NCBI GenBank assembly: GCA_030272815.1
Contig: JAJSZT010000001.1
Span: 38,337 to 102,336, forward strand
Source of the DNA: Deltaproteobacteria bacterium
GTDB lineage: Bacteria > Desulfobacterota > Desulfobacteria > Desulfobacterales > ETH-SRB1
DNA length: 64,000 bases
Direction of reading: 5' to 3'
Shown here: one piece after another, positions 29,045 to 37,411 of the stretch
How positions within the stretch are numbered: position 1 is the stretch's first letter
How the letters are laid out: every line of letters starts with the position of its first letter
Position numbers and translations under genes: made by a program
Notes under the pieces: generated by a model
Seen by the model: only the letters and a program-made list of their open reading frames with translations
Databases searched by the model: none
Told to the model about the DNA's origin: nothing

Positions 29045-29956
29045 ATGGGTCAAAACGGACAAAGAGTTTTCTTGGGAAAGGTGTTCTTTAGAGGTAAAAT
29101 TATTCTCAAAACAGGCATGCATATAGGAGGTTCTCAGGAATCAATGCAGATAGGCGGCGTTGACTCTCCAATTATCAGGGACTCAGGAAACAATCTTCCT
29201 TATATTCCTGGAAGCTCCTTAAAAGGGAAACTAAGGAGCACTCTTGAAAAATTCGGAAAAAGGATCAAAGAAGGAAAAGAAGAGAAGTTATCATCCAACA
29301 GGAGCATAGGAACATTCAGACAAAAGGTTTTTATACACTGCTGTGAAGACATTCAGCTTGCCCTTAACTGTGAGGTCTGCCGTATATTTGGTGCAACTGG
29401 AGATGATCGGGAGTTTCAAAAAGGCAAAAAAGATCGGAGAGGCGATAAAGCAGGTAACTTTCCTGCATTATTAATGGTTAGGGATTCCCTTCTTGATGAT
29501 GCCTTTATGCATCCATCCCGCCTTCTTACAGAGGTAAAAACAGAAACAGGGGTGGACAGGTCAACCATGGCGGCAAATCCGAGACAGGTAGAAAGGCTTT
29601 TGCCTGATACAGCCTTTATTTTTGAGATGGTCTATTCCGTGGAAAATATTACTTTGGCTGGAAAAGCTAAGACAAATTTTCCTGAAGCCAATCTCAAGAC
29701 CGATCTGGACAATATCCTGACATGTATGGAGATAATTGAAAGTGAGGGAATAGGTGGGCATACATCAAGGGGATACGGTAAGGTGAGTTTTGTGTTCACC
29801 GAATTTTCAGGAAGATCTCTTGACTACTTTAAGGGTAAAACAGAAAAGGAGAAAGAGAAATCTGATGGCGGCTTTTCGATTCAGGAAGCAAGGGAAAAGA
29901 TAGATGAGATTGTAAAATTGCTACAAAAGGAACCAGAAAATGCTGTTTCTGATTAA
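29045..29956 (+). CDS. csm3: Csm3/Cas7 RAMP backbone subunit
   Basis: LKTGMHIGGSQESMQIGGVDSPIIRDSGNNLPYIPGSSLKGKLRS, the Csm3 N-terminal signature including the Asp of the RNase site. Also CEVCRIFG and GGHTSRGYGKV. Confidence 0.9.
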   Translation: MGQNGQRVFLGKVFFRGKIILKTGMHIGGSQESMQIGGVDSPIIRDSGNNLPYIPGSSLKGKLRSTLEKFGKRIKEGKEEKLSSNRSIGTFRQKVFIHCCEDIQLALNCEVCRIFGATGDDREFQKGKKDRRGDKAGNFPALLMVRDSLLDDAFMHPSRLLTEVKTETGVDRSTMAANPRQVERLLPDTAFIFEMVYSVENITLAGKAKTNFPEANLKTDLDNILTCMEIIESEGIGGHTSRGYGKVSFVFTEFSGRSLDYFKGKTEKEKEKSDGGFSIQEAREKIDEIVKLLQKEPENAVSD

Positions 29957-30887
29957 GTTAAACTTTAAAGGAACGCTTGCTGTAGGAGGGAATGAGTTCG
30001 GAGAAAGCAACGTTCTCAGAGGCGCTGTTCATTCCGATACGCTATTTAGCGGCATTGTCAACCAATGGGTAAAGATACCTGCTGCATACGACATTGACCA
30101 TCTGATTTCCAAGTTGAATTCCAATTCTCCGCCTTTTAGAATATCTTCTGCTTTCCCCTATCACGGAACCGAATATTATCTGCCTATACCTCGCGGCACA
30201 GATGAACTGTACATGGACATATCAAAGGATGTTCCTTATCTCGAACTTTCGGATTTTCTCGAACTTGCAAATGGAAAGAGGGGACGCCTCGCCAAGATTC
30301 CACGAAAGAATCCTGCTGCTGAATTTATAACCGGTCTTACATCACCAAGAGTAACTATAGATAGACTTGCAAATGTTTCTAATCCTTATCAACTCACAGG
30401 ATGTAAAATGGCTGAAGGCAGCGGTCTTTATTTCCTTCTGAATATCCAGGATAAAACAATCAAAGATACCCTTGAATTATGCATCAGGATGCTCGGAGAC
30501 GCTGGCATTGGAAGTGATAGAAATGTAGGATATGGAACTTTCGATCCAGAAATCAGTCCAATATCAGACGATTCCAACTGGACGGAACTGTTTCTTGATA
30601 GAACAGGCGAAGTGATAAGTTATTGTACGCTTTCACTCTGTTGTCCTGCTAATAATAGTGAGGCTAAAGAGGCCATTTCCTACGGGATCATTTCAAGAAA
30701 CGGCTGGATACTTTCAAACTCATCTTTCGTGCAGATGAAACGAAGAGAATGCAAGATGTTTTCCGAAGGTTCTCTGTTCAAAAGTCCGATTAAGGGATGC
30801 GCGGCTGATGTTACGCCATCTGTTTTTAGACAGGAACATAATGTTTATCGCTATGGATTGGGGATGATGGTTGCGGGAGCTTGGTGA
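29940..30887 (+). CDS. csm4: Csm4/Cas5 RAMP subunit
   Basis: GAVHSDTLFSGIVNQW near the N-terminus and GDAGIGSDRNVGYGTF glycine-rich loop. Overlaps csm3 by 17 nt. Confidence 0.85.
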   Translation: MLFLIKLNFKGTLAVGGNEFGESNVLRGAVHSDTLFSGIVNQWVKIPAAYDIDHLISKLNSNSPPFRISSAFPYHGTEYYLPIPRGTDELYMDISKDVPYLELSDFLELANGKRGRLAKIPRKNPAAEFITGLTSPRVTIDRLANVSNPYQLTGCKMAEGSGLYFLLNIQDKTIKDTLELCIRMLGDAGIGSDRNVGYGTFDPEISPISDDSNWTELFLDRTGEVISYCTLSLCCPANNSEAKEAISYGIISRNGWILSNSSFVQMKRRECKMFSEGSLFKSPIKGCAADVTPSVFRQEHNVYRYGLGMMVAGAW

Positions 30888-31914
30888 GATGGAAGAATCC
30901 ACTGGACTTTTATCAGAAGTGGAAGAATTCCTGAATGACTATCGAAAAGACTTGTACAGCCTAAATGATGAGGCATGGTCGATATTTCAGGAATGCTATA
31001 GAAGTATAGGTATAGACTATGAACATTCTCATGGTTTTTTTATCGATATAGGAAAGAAAATAGAATCGATGGAGAACTTTTATAATATTAAAGCAAAATC
31101 AGAAGAACTTGAAAAAGCAAGAGCAAACTGTCTTCTGGAATATTATCAACTTGCCAGTCGCAACCCAAATCATAACCAAAAATCAGATAAATGGAATTCT
31201 TTTGCAAACAAGGTTCAAGAAATTATTAATTTGAACGAATTGGCTGTAAGTATGTTGCTGGATAAAGCAAGCACTGCCTATGAAAAAATAATAACTTGTC
31301 CATATGGTAAACAGAAAAACAAAAACATCAATGCCTCATTATTCGAAAAAAAGGTTTCGGAGTTTTTTGATTGGCTATTCATAAGTGCGTTGGGAAGGGT
31401 GGATTTAACGGAAATTGAAACCTATCGCCTGCGGAGAGACTGGGTATACAAGGTGCGTGATGAATTTGATACCTTAGAAAAGTGCGGTTTCCCATTCAGG
31501 GACATACTTATTGAATGCAAAAATTTTGCACAACCCAAGTATCCATCATTAATGCAAGTATTTGTTTACACTTTGAGCTGTCAGGATTCAGAAATATCAA
31601 AAGTGCCTCTTTCTCAGCCCAACGCCGGTAGCATACATGGGGTTGTTTACCGTCAGGATTCAGAAATATCAAAAGTGCCTCTTTCTCTGCTAATAAGCCG
31701 AAAAAACCCTGACAGAGAGAGCACCATATGGAGAATAAGACGTGCTATATTTAACAAACCTATGAAGAAAGAAACCAGACTTATTCTCTTTCTGGATGAC
31801 CACGATTTGGGCAAGATGTTAGAAAATAAGCAGAAAGGGATTGACCCCGCATTGGTATTAAAGGAAAAAATAGCAGAACTGGAAAGATCGAATATTCAAC
31901 ATGGAGGAATTTAA
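30871..31914 (+). CDS. uncharacterised protein in the csm5 position; helical N-terminal half plus possible PD-(D/E)XK nuclease core
   Basis: No RAMP G-rich loops. The candidate core is VRDEFD...FRDILIECKNF (D...ExK). It is translationally coupled on both sides (overlaps the csm4 stop; TAATG junction with the next gene). Alternative start at ATG 30889. It contains a 24-codon repeat-insert-repeat (see findings). Confidence 0.55.
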   Translation: MRELGEMEESTGLLSEVEEFLNDYRKDLYSLNDEAWSIFQECYRSIGIDYEHSHGFFIDIGKKIESMENFYNIKAKSEELEKARANCLLEYYQLASRNPNHNQKSDKWNSFANKVQEIINLNELAVSMLLDKASTAYEKIITCPYGKQKNKNINASLFEKKVSEFFDWLFISALGRVDLTEIETYRLRRDWVYKVRDEFDTLEKCGFPFRDILIECKNFAQPKYPSLMQVFVYTLSCQDSEISKVPLSQPNAGSIHGVVYRQDSEISKVPLSLLISRKNPDRESTIWRIRRAIFNKPMKKETRLILFLDDHDLGKMLENKQKGIDPALVLKEKIAELERSNIQHGGI

Positions 31915-32930
31915 TGCCACAAAAAATCGAAGTGCCTAATATCACAGTCTTTGAAGGCTTGCTCGCTATCTGGAAGCAAAGAGACTACGATTTATATTTT
32001 TATTTTAACGAAATATTTGATAAGGCACTTACAGCCCTTAAATCAAGAATAAAGGCCAGCGCAATCCAGTTGGCCACAGGAAATGAACCTGTCTATAAGG
32101 CAATGTTTCTTCCAGTTGGCTTTAAAATAGAAAATATTGCTCTTATCGCTGTTCTGTTCAGGCCGCTTCACTTGACGCTAGCCTTTTCCGAAACAACGAG
32201 AGCATGTCATAGAAGCTATTTCCATATCGTAGAGAATAAAATAAAGCAATATTGCCCTTCCGTTATAATTGACAAAATTCCTCCTATAGCCAGCGATGAT
32301 CACCACCATATGGAGAAAAAAATTAAAGACTGGGCGGAGAAGATTAAGAATGAGCACAGATATTCGAAGGCCCAACTGGCCATTGATATTACCGGCGGTA
32401 CCAAACCAATGTCCATTGGGGCACAGAATGCGGCCAAGTCGCTTGACATCCCAGCATTCTATTTGAGCGTTGATTACGATACAGATACACAACTCCCTAT
32501 CCCGGGGACTGAATCATTAGTCGAGATGCAACGGTCATATACTGATCCGGACTTGGTCTTTGTCATAATGCCTTTTAGTAGCGAATTGGATTCGGTTTAT
32601 GGGTGCATAAAAGAATCTGTTAGAGAGGTTCAATTACGATGTGTCCGGGTTGACGAAGAGGTATTTTCCGGCAGTATTATGGAAAGAGTAAGAGGAAACA
32701 TATACAAAGCAGGAATAATAATCGCAGAACTTTCAAAACATAATCCCAATGTCTATTTTGAACTTGGATTGGCATACGCCAAAAAGAAAAAGATAATTAT
32801 GATCACACAAAAGATACAGAAAGTGCCTTTTGATCTCAAGCACTTGAGAATGGTCATATATAAGCCCAACGATATTAACCGCCTAAAAGAAAAGCTTAAG
32901 ACTGAATTGGTCGCTTTGAAATCTGCCTAA
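31914..32930 (+). CDS. CARF-domain protein fused to nucleoside-2-deoxyribosyltransferase/TIR-like domain
   Basis: CARF features AMFLPVGFKIENIALIAVLF and AIDITGGTKPMSIGAQNAA. The C-terminal Rossmann-like module reads LVFVIMPF...AGIIIAELS...NPNVYFELGLAYAKKKKIIMI. Confidence 0.65.
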   Translation: MPQKIEVPNITVFEGLLAIWKQRDYDLYFYFNEIFDKALTALKSRIKASAIQLATGNEPVYKAMFLPVGFKIENIALIAVLFRPLHLTLAFSETTRACHRSYFHIVENKIKQYCPSVIIDKIPPIASDDHHHMEKKIKDWAEKIKNEHRYSKAQLAIDITGGTKPMSIGAQNAAKSLDIPAFYLSVDYDTDTQLPIPGTESLVEMQRSYTDPDLVFVIMPFSSELDSVYGCIKESVREVQLRCVRVDEEVFSGSIMERVRGNIYKAGIIIAELSKHNPNVYFELGLAYAKKKKIIMITQKIQKVPFDLKHLRMVIYKPNDINRLKEKLKTELVALKSA

Positions 32931-33114
32931 CAAAATCAAAATTAGTGAACTGATGCTGAAACGGAGATGGAAAGATTGGTTATTTTTTTTAAATTGCAAT
33001 GGGATTAGCAAATAAGCTTGAATATCATATGCTCCTCATTCGTGATCTCTATATGTTGAACAGTGCATTATCCTGTTATTCCTGTTTATCCTGTCAAAAA
33101 CCAAAATAGAAAAA

Positions 33115-34116
33115 ATGGCCAATCTTTACCTGACAGAGCAAAACTCAATCCTCCGCAAAACCGGCGACAGACTTATTGTGCAAAAAGCCGATGAAATCCT
33201 TCTTGATGTGCAATGCCACAAGATAGATGCAGTCCTTATCTTCGGAAATGTCCAGTTCACCACTCAGGCTGTGCATGAACTTTTTGAGCATGGCATAGAA
33301 ATGGCCATTCTCTCGCGAAGAGGAAGACTGATAGGACAGATAACATCTCCAGCTACAAAAAATATCACTTTGCGCGTCCAGCAGTTTGAAAAGTACACTG
33401 ATAATGAATTCAGGCTGAAGTTGTCTATTGAAATTGTAACTGGAAAAATCAATAATTCTCTTAAAGTTATCCGTCATTTTTCTTACAATCATCCTGATAT
33501 TGCACTTAAATCCGAGACTGCTGCTTTAAAAACATCACTCGAAAACGTTAAATCTGCCAGCCGGATTGACCAACTGTTGGGACTGGAAGGAGGAGCGGCT
33601 AAGACCTATTTTAGCGCATTTGGCAAGATGATTATTGGCGAGTTCAATTTTACGGGCAGGAAAAAGCGCCCTCCCACAGATCCGGTTAATGCAATACTTT
33701 CTTTAAGCTACACAATGATCTTTAATGAAATATCATCACTTTTAGACGGGTTAGGCCTTGATCCCTATCTCGGTTATTTTCATAGCGTTGACTACGGGAG
33801 AGCATCTCTTGCCGCAGACCTTATTGAAGAATTCCGGGCGCCGATAGCTGACCGTTTTACACTCAATCTCATAAACAATCGAATTGTCGGGGAAGAAGAT
33901 TTTTACACAAATCCCAAAGGCGCCGGGGTTTATCTGAAACGTGAAGCATTAAAGCGTTATTTTACAGAATACGAAACTATGCTCAACCATGAATTTATCC
34001 ATCCGAAAACAAAGGAAAATACCACTTTTAGAAAGTGTTTTCGCTTACAGGCAGAGAATCTTGCTTTGACAATTCAAAACGACAGCTCATATATTCCTTT
34101 TGCTCTGGAGATATAG
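33115..34116 (+). CDS. cas1: Cas1 integrase
   Basis: LLGLEGGAAKTYF, RPPTDPVNAILS and GYFHSVDYGRASLAADLIEEFR (Cas1 catalytic E/H/E context). 333 aa. Confidence 0.95.
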   Translation: MANLYLTEQNSILRKTGDRLIVQKADEILLDVQCHKIDAVLIFGNVQFTTQAVHELFEHGIEMAILSRRGRLIGQITSPATKNITLRVQQFEKYTDNEFRLKLSIEIVTGKINNSLKVIRHFSYNHPDIALKSETAALKTSLENVKSASRIDQLLGLEGGAAKTYFSAFGKMIIGEFNFTGRKKRPPTDPVNAILSLSYTMIFNEISSLLDGLGLDPYLGYFHSVDYGRASLAADLIEEFRAPIADRFTLNLINNRIVGEEDFYTNPKGAGVYLKREALKRYFTEYETMLNHEFIHPKTKENTTFRKCFRLQAENLALTIQNDSSYIPFALEI

Positions 34117-34121
34117 CCTGC

Positions 34122-34397
34122 ATGTTTTACCTTGTTTCATACGACATACCCGACGACAAACGGAGAACCAAACTTGCAAAAACCATTAAGAATTTTGGAG
34201 ACAGGGTTCAATATAGTGTTTTTGAGTGCATCCTGGACAAAAACCTCCTTGACAAAATGGCAGACAGAATAGATAAAATCATCGTTGAAAAAGAAGACAG
34301 CGTACGCATCTATTGTCTTTGCGCGAACTGTGAAAGGGAAATCAGGATAATCGGCAAGGGAGAAGTGTCTAAAAACGAAGATGTGTATATAATTTAG
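34122..34397 (+). CDS. cas2: Cas2
   Basis: MFYLVSYDIPDDKRRTKLAKTIKNFGDRVQYSVFEC is a canonical Cas2 N-terminus. ATG 34122 is chosen because the upstream part of ORF 34035 overlaps cas1. Confidence 0.95.
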   Translation: MFYLVSYDIPDDKRRTKLAKTIKNFGDRVQYSVFECILDKNLLDKMADRIDKIIVEKEDSVRIYCLCANCEREIRIIGKGEVSKNEDVYII

Positions 34398-34594
34398 ATA
34401 GTTGTACGAAATTAAAAAAAGGCCAAAAAAAGGGGGTGGTTACAGGAAATTTGTAATTATTTGTTATTGCTGATAAAAATTGTTGTTTAGGACGGGGAAT
34501 AAGGTGGTGAAGAGATGAAAAAAGAGACGAAAAAGAGAGGTTACAGAAAAGGTCATTCTAAGTATCTGTATTTATTGGCTGGAAAAAGGCTGCT
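34398..34594 (+). promoter_or_regulatory. CRISPR leader copy 2 (197 nt)
   Basis: Starts right after the cas2 stop and is near-identical to the leaders at 22454 and 36681. Confidence 0.85.
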
Positions 34595-35237
34595 ATCTGA
34601 AACTGAGACCTGATGAATAAGGGATTGAGACTGATAAACCATGCAGCAGCATCAGTAAGATAATGATTCAATCTGAAACTGAGACCTGATGAATAAGGGA
34701 TTGAGACTTTTTTGCTAAATCAGTATATGTTTTAAAACTACCTATTATCTGAAACTGAGACCTGATGAATAAGGGATTGAGACTCGCGCCACATTAACCT
34801 GAAAACGGGAGCCAAGTTATCATCTGAAACTGAGACCTGATGAATAAGGGATTGAGACTTTTAAAAGTATTGCCATTTATACCAAGTCCGTTACTCTATC
34901 TGAAACTGAGACCTGATGAATAAGGGATTGAGACCTGGGGGGTTATAAATGCATACATCAGAGATTTGTTTATCTGAAACTGAGACCTGATGAATAAGGG
35001 ATTGAGACTGTTGCAGAGCTATTTATACCTGCCTGGATACCATCAATTATCTGAAACTGAGACCTGATGAATAAGGGATTGAGACTATGTAAGCTCCGAT
35101 GTTCTGTTTATAATCTCGTTGATCTGAAACTGAGACCTGATGAATAAGGGATTGAGACTCCGTAAACACCTTGCTGTTGTTAAACCCGGCAGTTCCTATC
35201 ATCTGAAACTGAGACCTGATGAATAAGGGATTGAGCG
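34595..35237 (+). CRISPR. CRISPR array 2: 9 repeats (last one degenerate), 8 spacers (36-42 bp)
   Basis: Repeats start at 34595, 34671, 34747, 34822, 34898, 34972, 35049, 35122 and 35201. The terminal repeat ends ...gattgagcg instead of ...gattgagac. Confidence 0.95.
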
Positions 35238-35298
35238 CCTGCGGCGTAGAGATGTAGGGATGTAGGGACGTAGAGATGTAGGAAAGTAGAGGAGGAAG

Positions 35299-35385
35299 AT
35301 GGGGAAGATAGAATCTTTCAGGGAGTTAACTGTTTGGCAAAAATCCCATCAGTTATTTTTGGATATTGCAAATGATGTGGAATGA
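35299..35385 (+). pseudogene. 5-prime fragment of a four-helix-bundle (23S rRNA IVS/Avd-like) gene in the array trailer
   Basis: Encodes MGKIESFRELTVWQKSHQLFLDIANDVE then a stop, matching the family N-terminus (F..L.VWQKa..L). It is preceded by tandem gtag(a/g)gat motifs. Homologous trailer pieces lie at 22989..23033 and 38204..38349. Confidence 0.6.
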
Positions 35386-35429
35386 TGAATGATGAAAGCG
35401 GAATGATGAATAATAAGGAGGTAAATAGC

Positions 35430-35684
35430 ATGGAGGATGTCTTAACCATCCATATTCCTGACGAAATTCGGCAGAAGCTAAATCGCACGCCCGAAGAAAT
35501 GTGCCGTGATATTCGCATTTACGCTGCATTAATGCTTTTCCGTCTCGGGAAATTATCTTCAGGAGCGGCGGCATTAATGGCGGGAATTCCCCGCGTGATG
35601 TTCCTGGATCTGTGTGCGGAATATAATATTCCTATCTCGCAAATCACTCCGGAGGAACTACGTCGAGAGGTAAGCGATGCATAA
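35430..35684 (+). CDS. UPF0175-family antitoxin
   Basis: LRIYAALMLFRLGKLSSGAAALMAGIPRVMFLDLCAEYNIP is typical of UPF0175. AAGGAGG precedes ATG 35430, and the gene overlaps the PIN gene by 8 nt. Confidence 0.75.
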   Translation: MEDVLTIHIPDEIRQKLNRTPEEMCRDIRIYAALMLFRLGKLSSGAAALMAGIPRVMFLDLCAEYNIPISQITPEELRREVSDA

Positions 35685-36177
35685 ACAGTCATTAGTTTGT
35701 GACACATCGCTGCTGCTATACTTAGGACGTATGGAGAACGAAGACCTTCTTCGGGTGTTGTTTGAAAAAGTATATGTGACGGAACAGGTAGCCCTTGAAC
35801 TGGATGCCGGGCGTTTGCTACGAAGCGATACTATTAATCCCCGCTTGTTTGATTGGATAACATTGATATCGATTTCTCAGGAAGAAATGGATACTTTGCC
35901 CCCAAATCGGTTGGGAATTGGCGAGCAGTTAGTCATCGCTTATGCAAGAATCCACGCTAACTGTGTGGTAGGGCTCGATGATCGACAGGCTCGAATTCTG
36001 GCAGAACACCTTGGTCTAAAAGTGGTTGGCGTGATTGGTATTTTGTTGAAAGCAAAACGTGCAGGGTTGCTTTCTTCCGTACGTCCTTTTTTGGAGGCTG
36101 CCCAGGCTCATGGCTTTCGCATGGCCAAAGAATTGTACGAGGAAGCAGTACGATTGGCTGGAGAAGAAAATGAGTAA
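35677..36177 (+). CDS. PIN-like (DUF3368-type) toxin
   Basis: LVCDTSLLLYLGRMENEDLL at the N-terminus (acidic PIN residue context) and VVGLDDRQAR. 166 aa, paired with the UPF0175 gene. Confidence 0.7.
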   Translation: MHKQSLVCDTSLLLYLGRMENEDLLRVLFEKVYVTEQVALELDAGRLLRSDTINPRLFDWITLISISQEEMDTLPPNRLGIGEQLVIAYARIHANCVVGLDDRQARILAEHLGLKVVGVIGILLKAKRAGLLSSVRPFLEAAQAHGFRMAKELYEEAVRLAGEENE

Positions 36178-36187
36178 AAGGCATGTA

Positions 36188-36462
36188 ATGTTTACCTTGT
36201 CTCTTACGACATACCCGACAACAAACGGAGAACCAAACTTGCAAAAACCATTAAGGATTTTGGAGACAGGGTTCAATATAGCGTATTTGAATGTTTACTC
36301 GATAAAAGTCTCCTTGACAAAATGACTGGCAGAATAGATAAAATTATCGTTGAGAAAGAAGACAGTGTACGCATCTATTGTCTTTGCGCAAACTGTGAAA
36401 GGGAAATCAGGGTAATCGGCAAGGGAAAAGTGACTAAAAACGAAGATGTGTATATAATTTAG
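36188..36462 (+). pseudogene. cas2: second cas2 copy, frameshifted just after the start codon
   Basis: About 90 percent identical by eye to cas2 at 34122..34397. It reads atgtttaccttg where the intact copy reads atgttttaccttg (T4 to T3). The Cas2 frame then has no start codon until an internal Met. Confidence 0.8.
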
Positions 36463-36580
36463 GTAGCCGTTCACGGCTTGAAACTTGAAATTGGAAAGTA
36501 GAAATTAGGGAGAGATAAAATAGAAATTGGGAAGAACGGTATAAAAGCATGAAGGCCAAATTTCCAATTTCTAATTTCGG
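36463..36580. repeat. family A hairpin element inserted between the cas2 pseudogene and leader 3
   Basis: gtagccgttcacggcttgaaacttgaaattggaaagtagaaattaggg...catgaaggccaaatttccaatttctaatttcgg. tatataatttag occurs at 36451..36462 and again at 36669..36680, separated by this element plus ~90 nt of additional sequence. Confidence 0.75.
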
Positions 36581-36680
36581 CATTGTTAAATAAGAATAGG
36601 TTTAAACAATTTTTATTGTATTATTTCAACGCATTGAGATAAATAAAACTATCCAAAATTAACAATGCTATATAATTTAG

Positions 36681-36877
36681 ATAGTTGTACGAAATTAAAA
36701 AAAGGCCAAAAAAAGGGGGTAGTTACAGGAAATTTATAATTATTTGTTATTGCTGATAAAAATCGTTGTTTATGATGGGGAATAAGGCGGTGAAGAGATG
36801 AAAAAAGAGACGAAAAAGAGAGGTTGCAGAAAAGGCCATTCTAAGTATCTGTATTTATTGGCTGGAAAAAGGCTGCT
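36681..36877 (+). promoter_or_regulatory. CRISPR leader copy 3 (197 nt)
   Basis: Near-identical to the leaders at 22454 and 34398. Confidence 0.85.
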
Positions 36878-37216
36878 ATCTGAAACTGAGACCTGATGAA
36901 TAAGGGATTGAGACATGTTTTATAGCTTCCCAAAAATGTGTAACTTGATCAGATCTGAAACTGAGACCTGATGAATAAGGGATTGAGACGCAATATATCC
37001 CTGAACTTTGCCAAGATATAGATCAATTATCTGAAACTGAGACCTGATGAATAAGGGATTGAGACTTCGTTTTTTCTAACTGTTGGACCAACTGTTCCCG
37101 CTGTATCTGAAACTGAGACCTGATGAATAAGGGATTGAGACACAAAGAACTGAAATAGAGATTGTGCTCGTTTGTTAGAATCTGAAACTGAGACCTGATG
37201 AATAAGGGATTGAGAC
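36878..37216 (+). CRISPR. CRISPR array 3: 5 repeats, 4 spacers (38-39 bp), 3-prime end disrupted
   Basis: Repeats start at 36878, 36953, 37029, 37105 and 37180. There is no degenerate terminal repeat or trailer directly after 37216. Confidence 0.95.
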
Positions 37217-37411
37217 TCATCTCGGAGTTCCGTAATTATCGTTTTTTCTATTCCAAATGAAATCAGATGGCAGCCACTACTTGGCAACAATGCCCTTATG
37301 GTTAGCTCCAGGGATATGAATTCAGGGGGAGGAGACGGTTATGGAAAAAAGTGAACATAGCATTTTGGATTTTGGATTGCGGAATCTCGTGAAGAAAGGA
37401 GGTAAACTTCT

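Noticed and set aside
32951-32985. ctgaaacggagatggaaagattgg resembles a degenerate CRISPR repeat upstream of cas1
   Set aside because: Only the ctgaaac and gattg words match, a 7-nt internal gap is needed, and there is no adjacent second copy. Too weak to call.
34035-34121. N-terminal extension of the cas2 ORF
   Set aside because: It overlaps the cas1 3-prime end in another frame. The canonical Cas2 N-terminus MFYLVSYDIP starts at ATG 34122.
37023-37290. 65-aa and 87-aa minus-strand ORFs
   Set aside because: They are the same artefact across CRISPR array 3.
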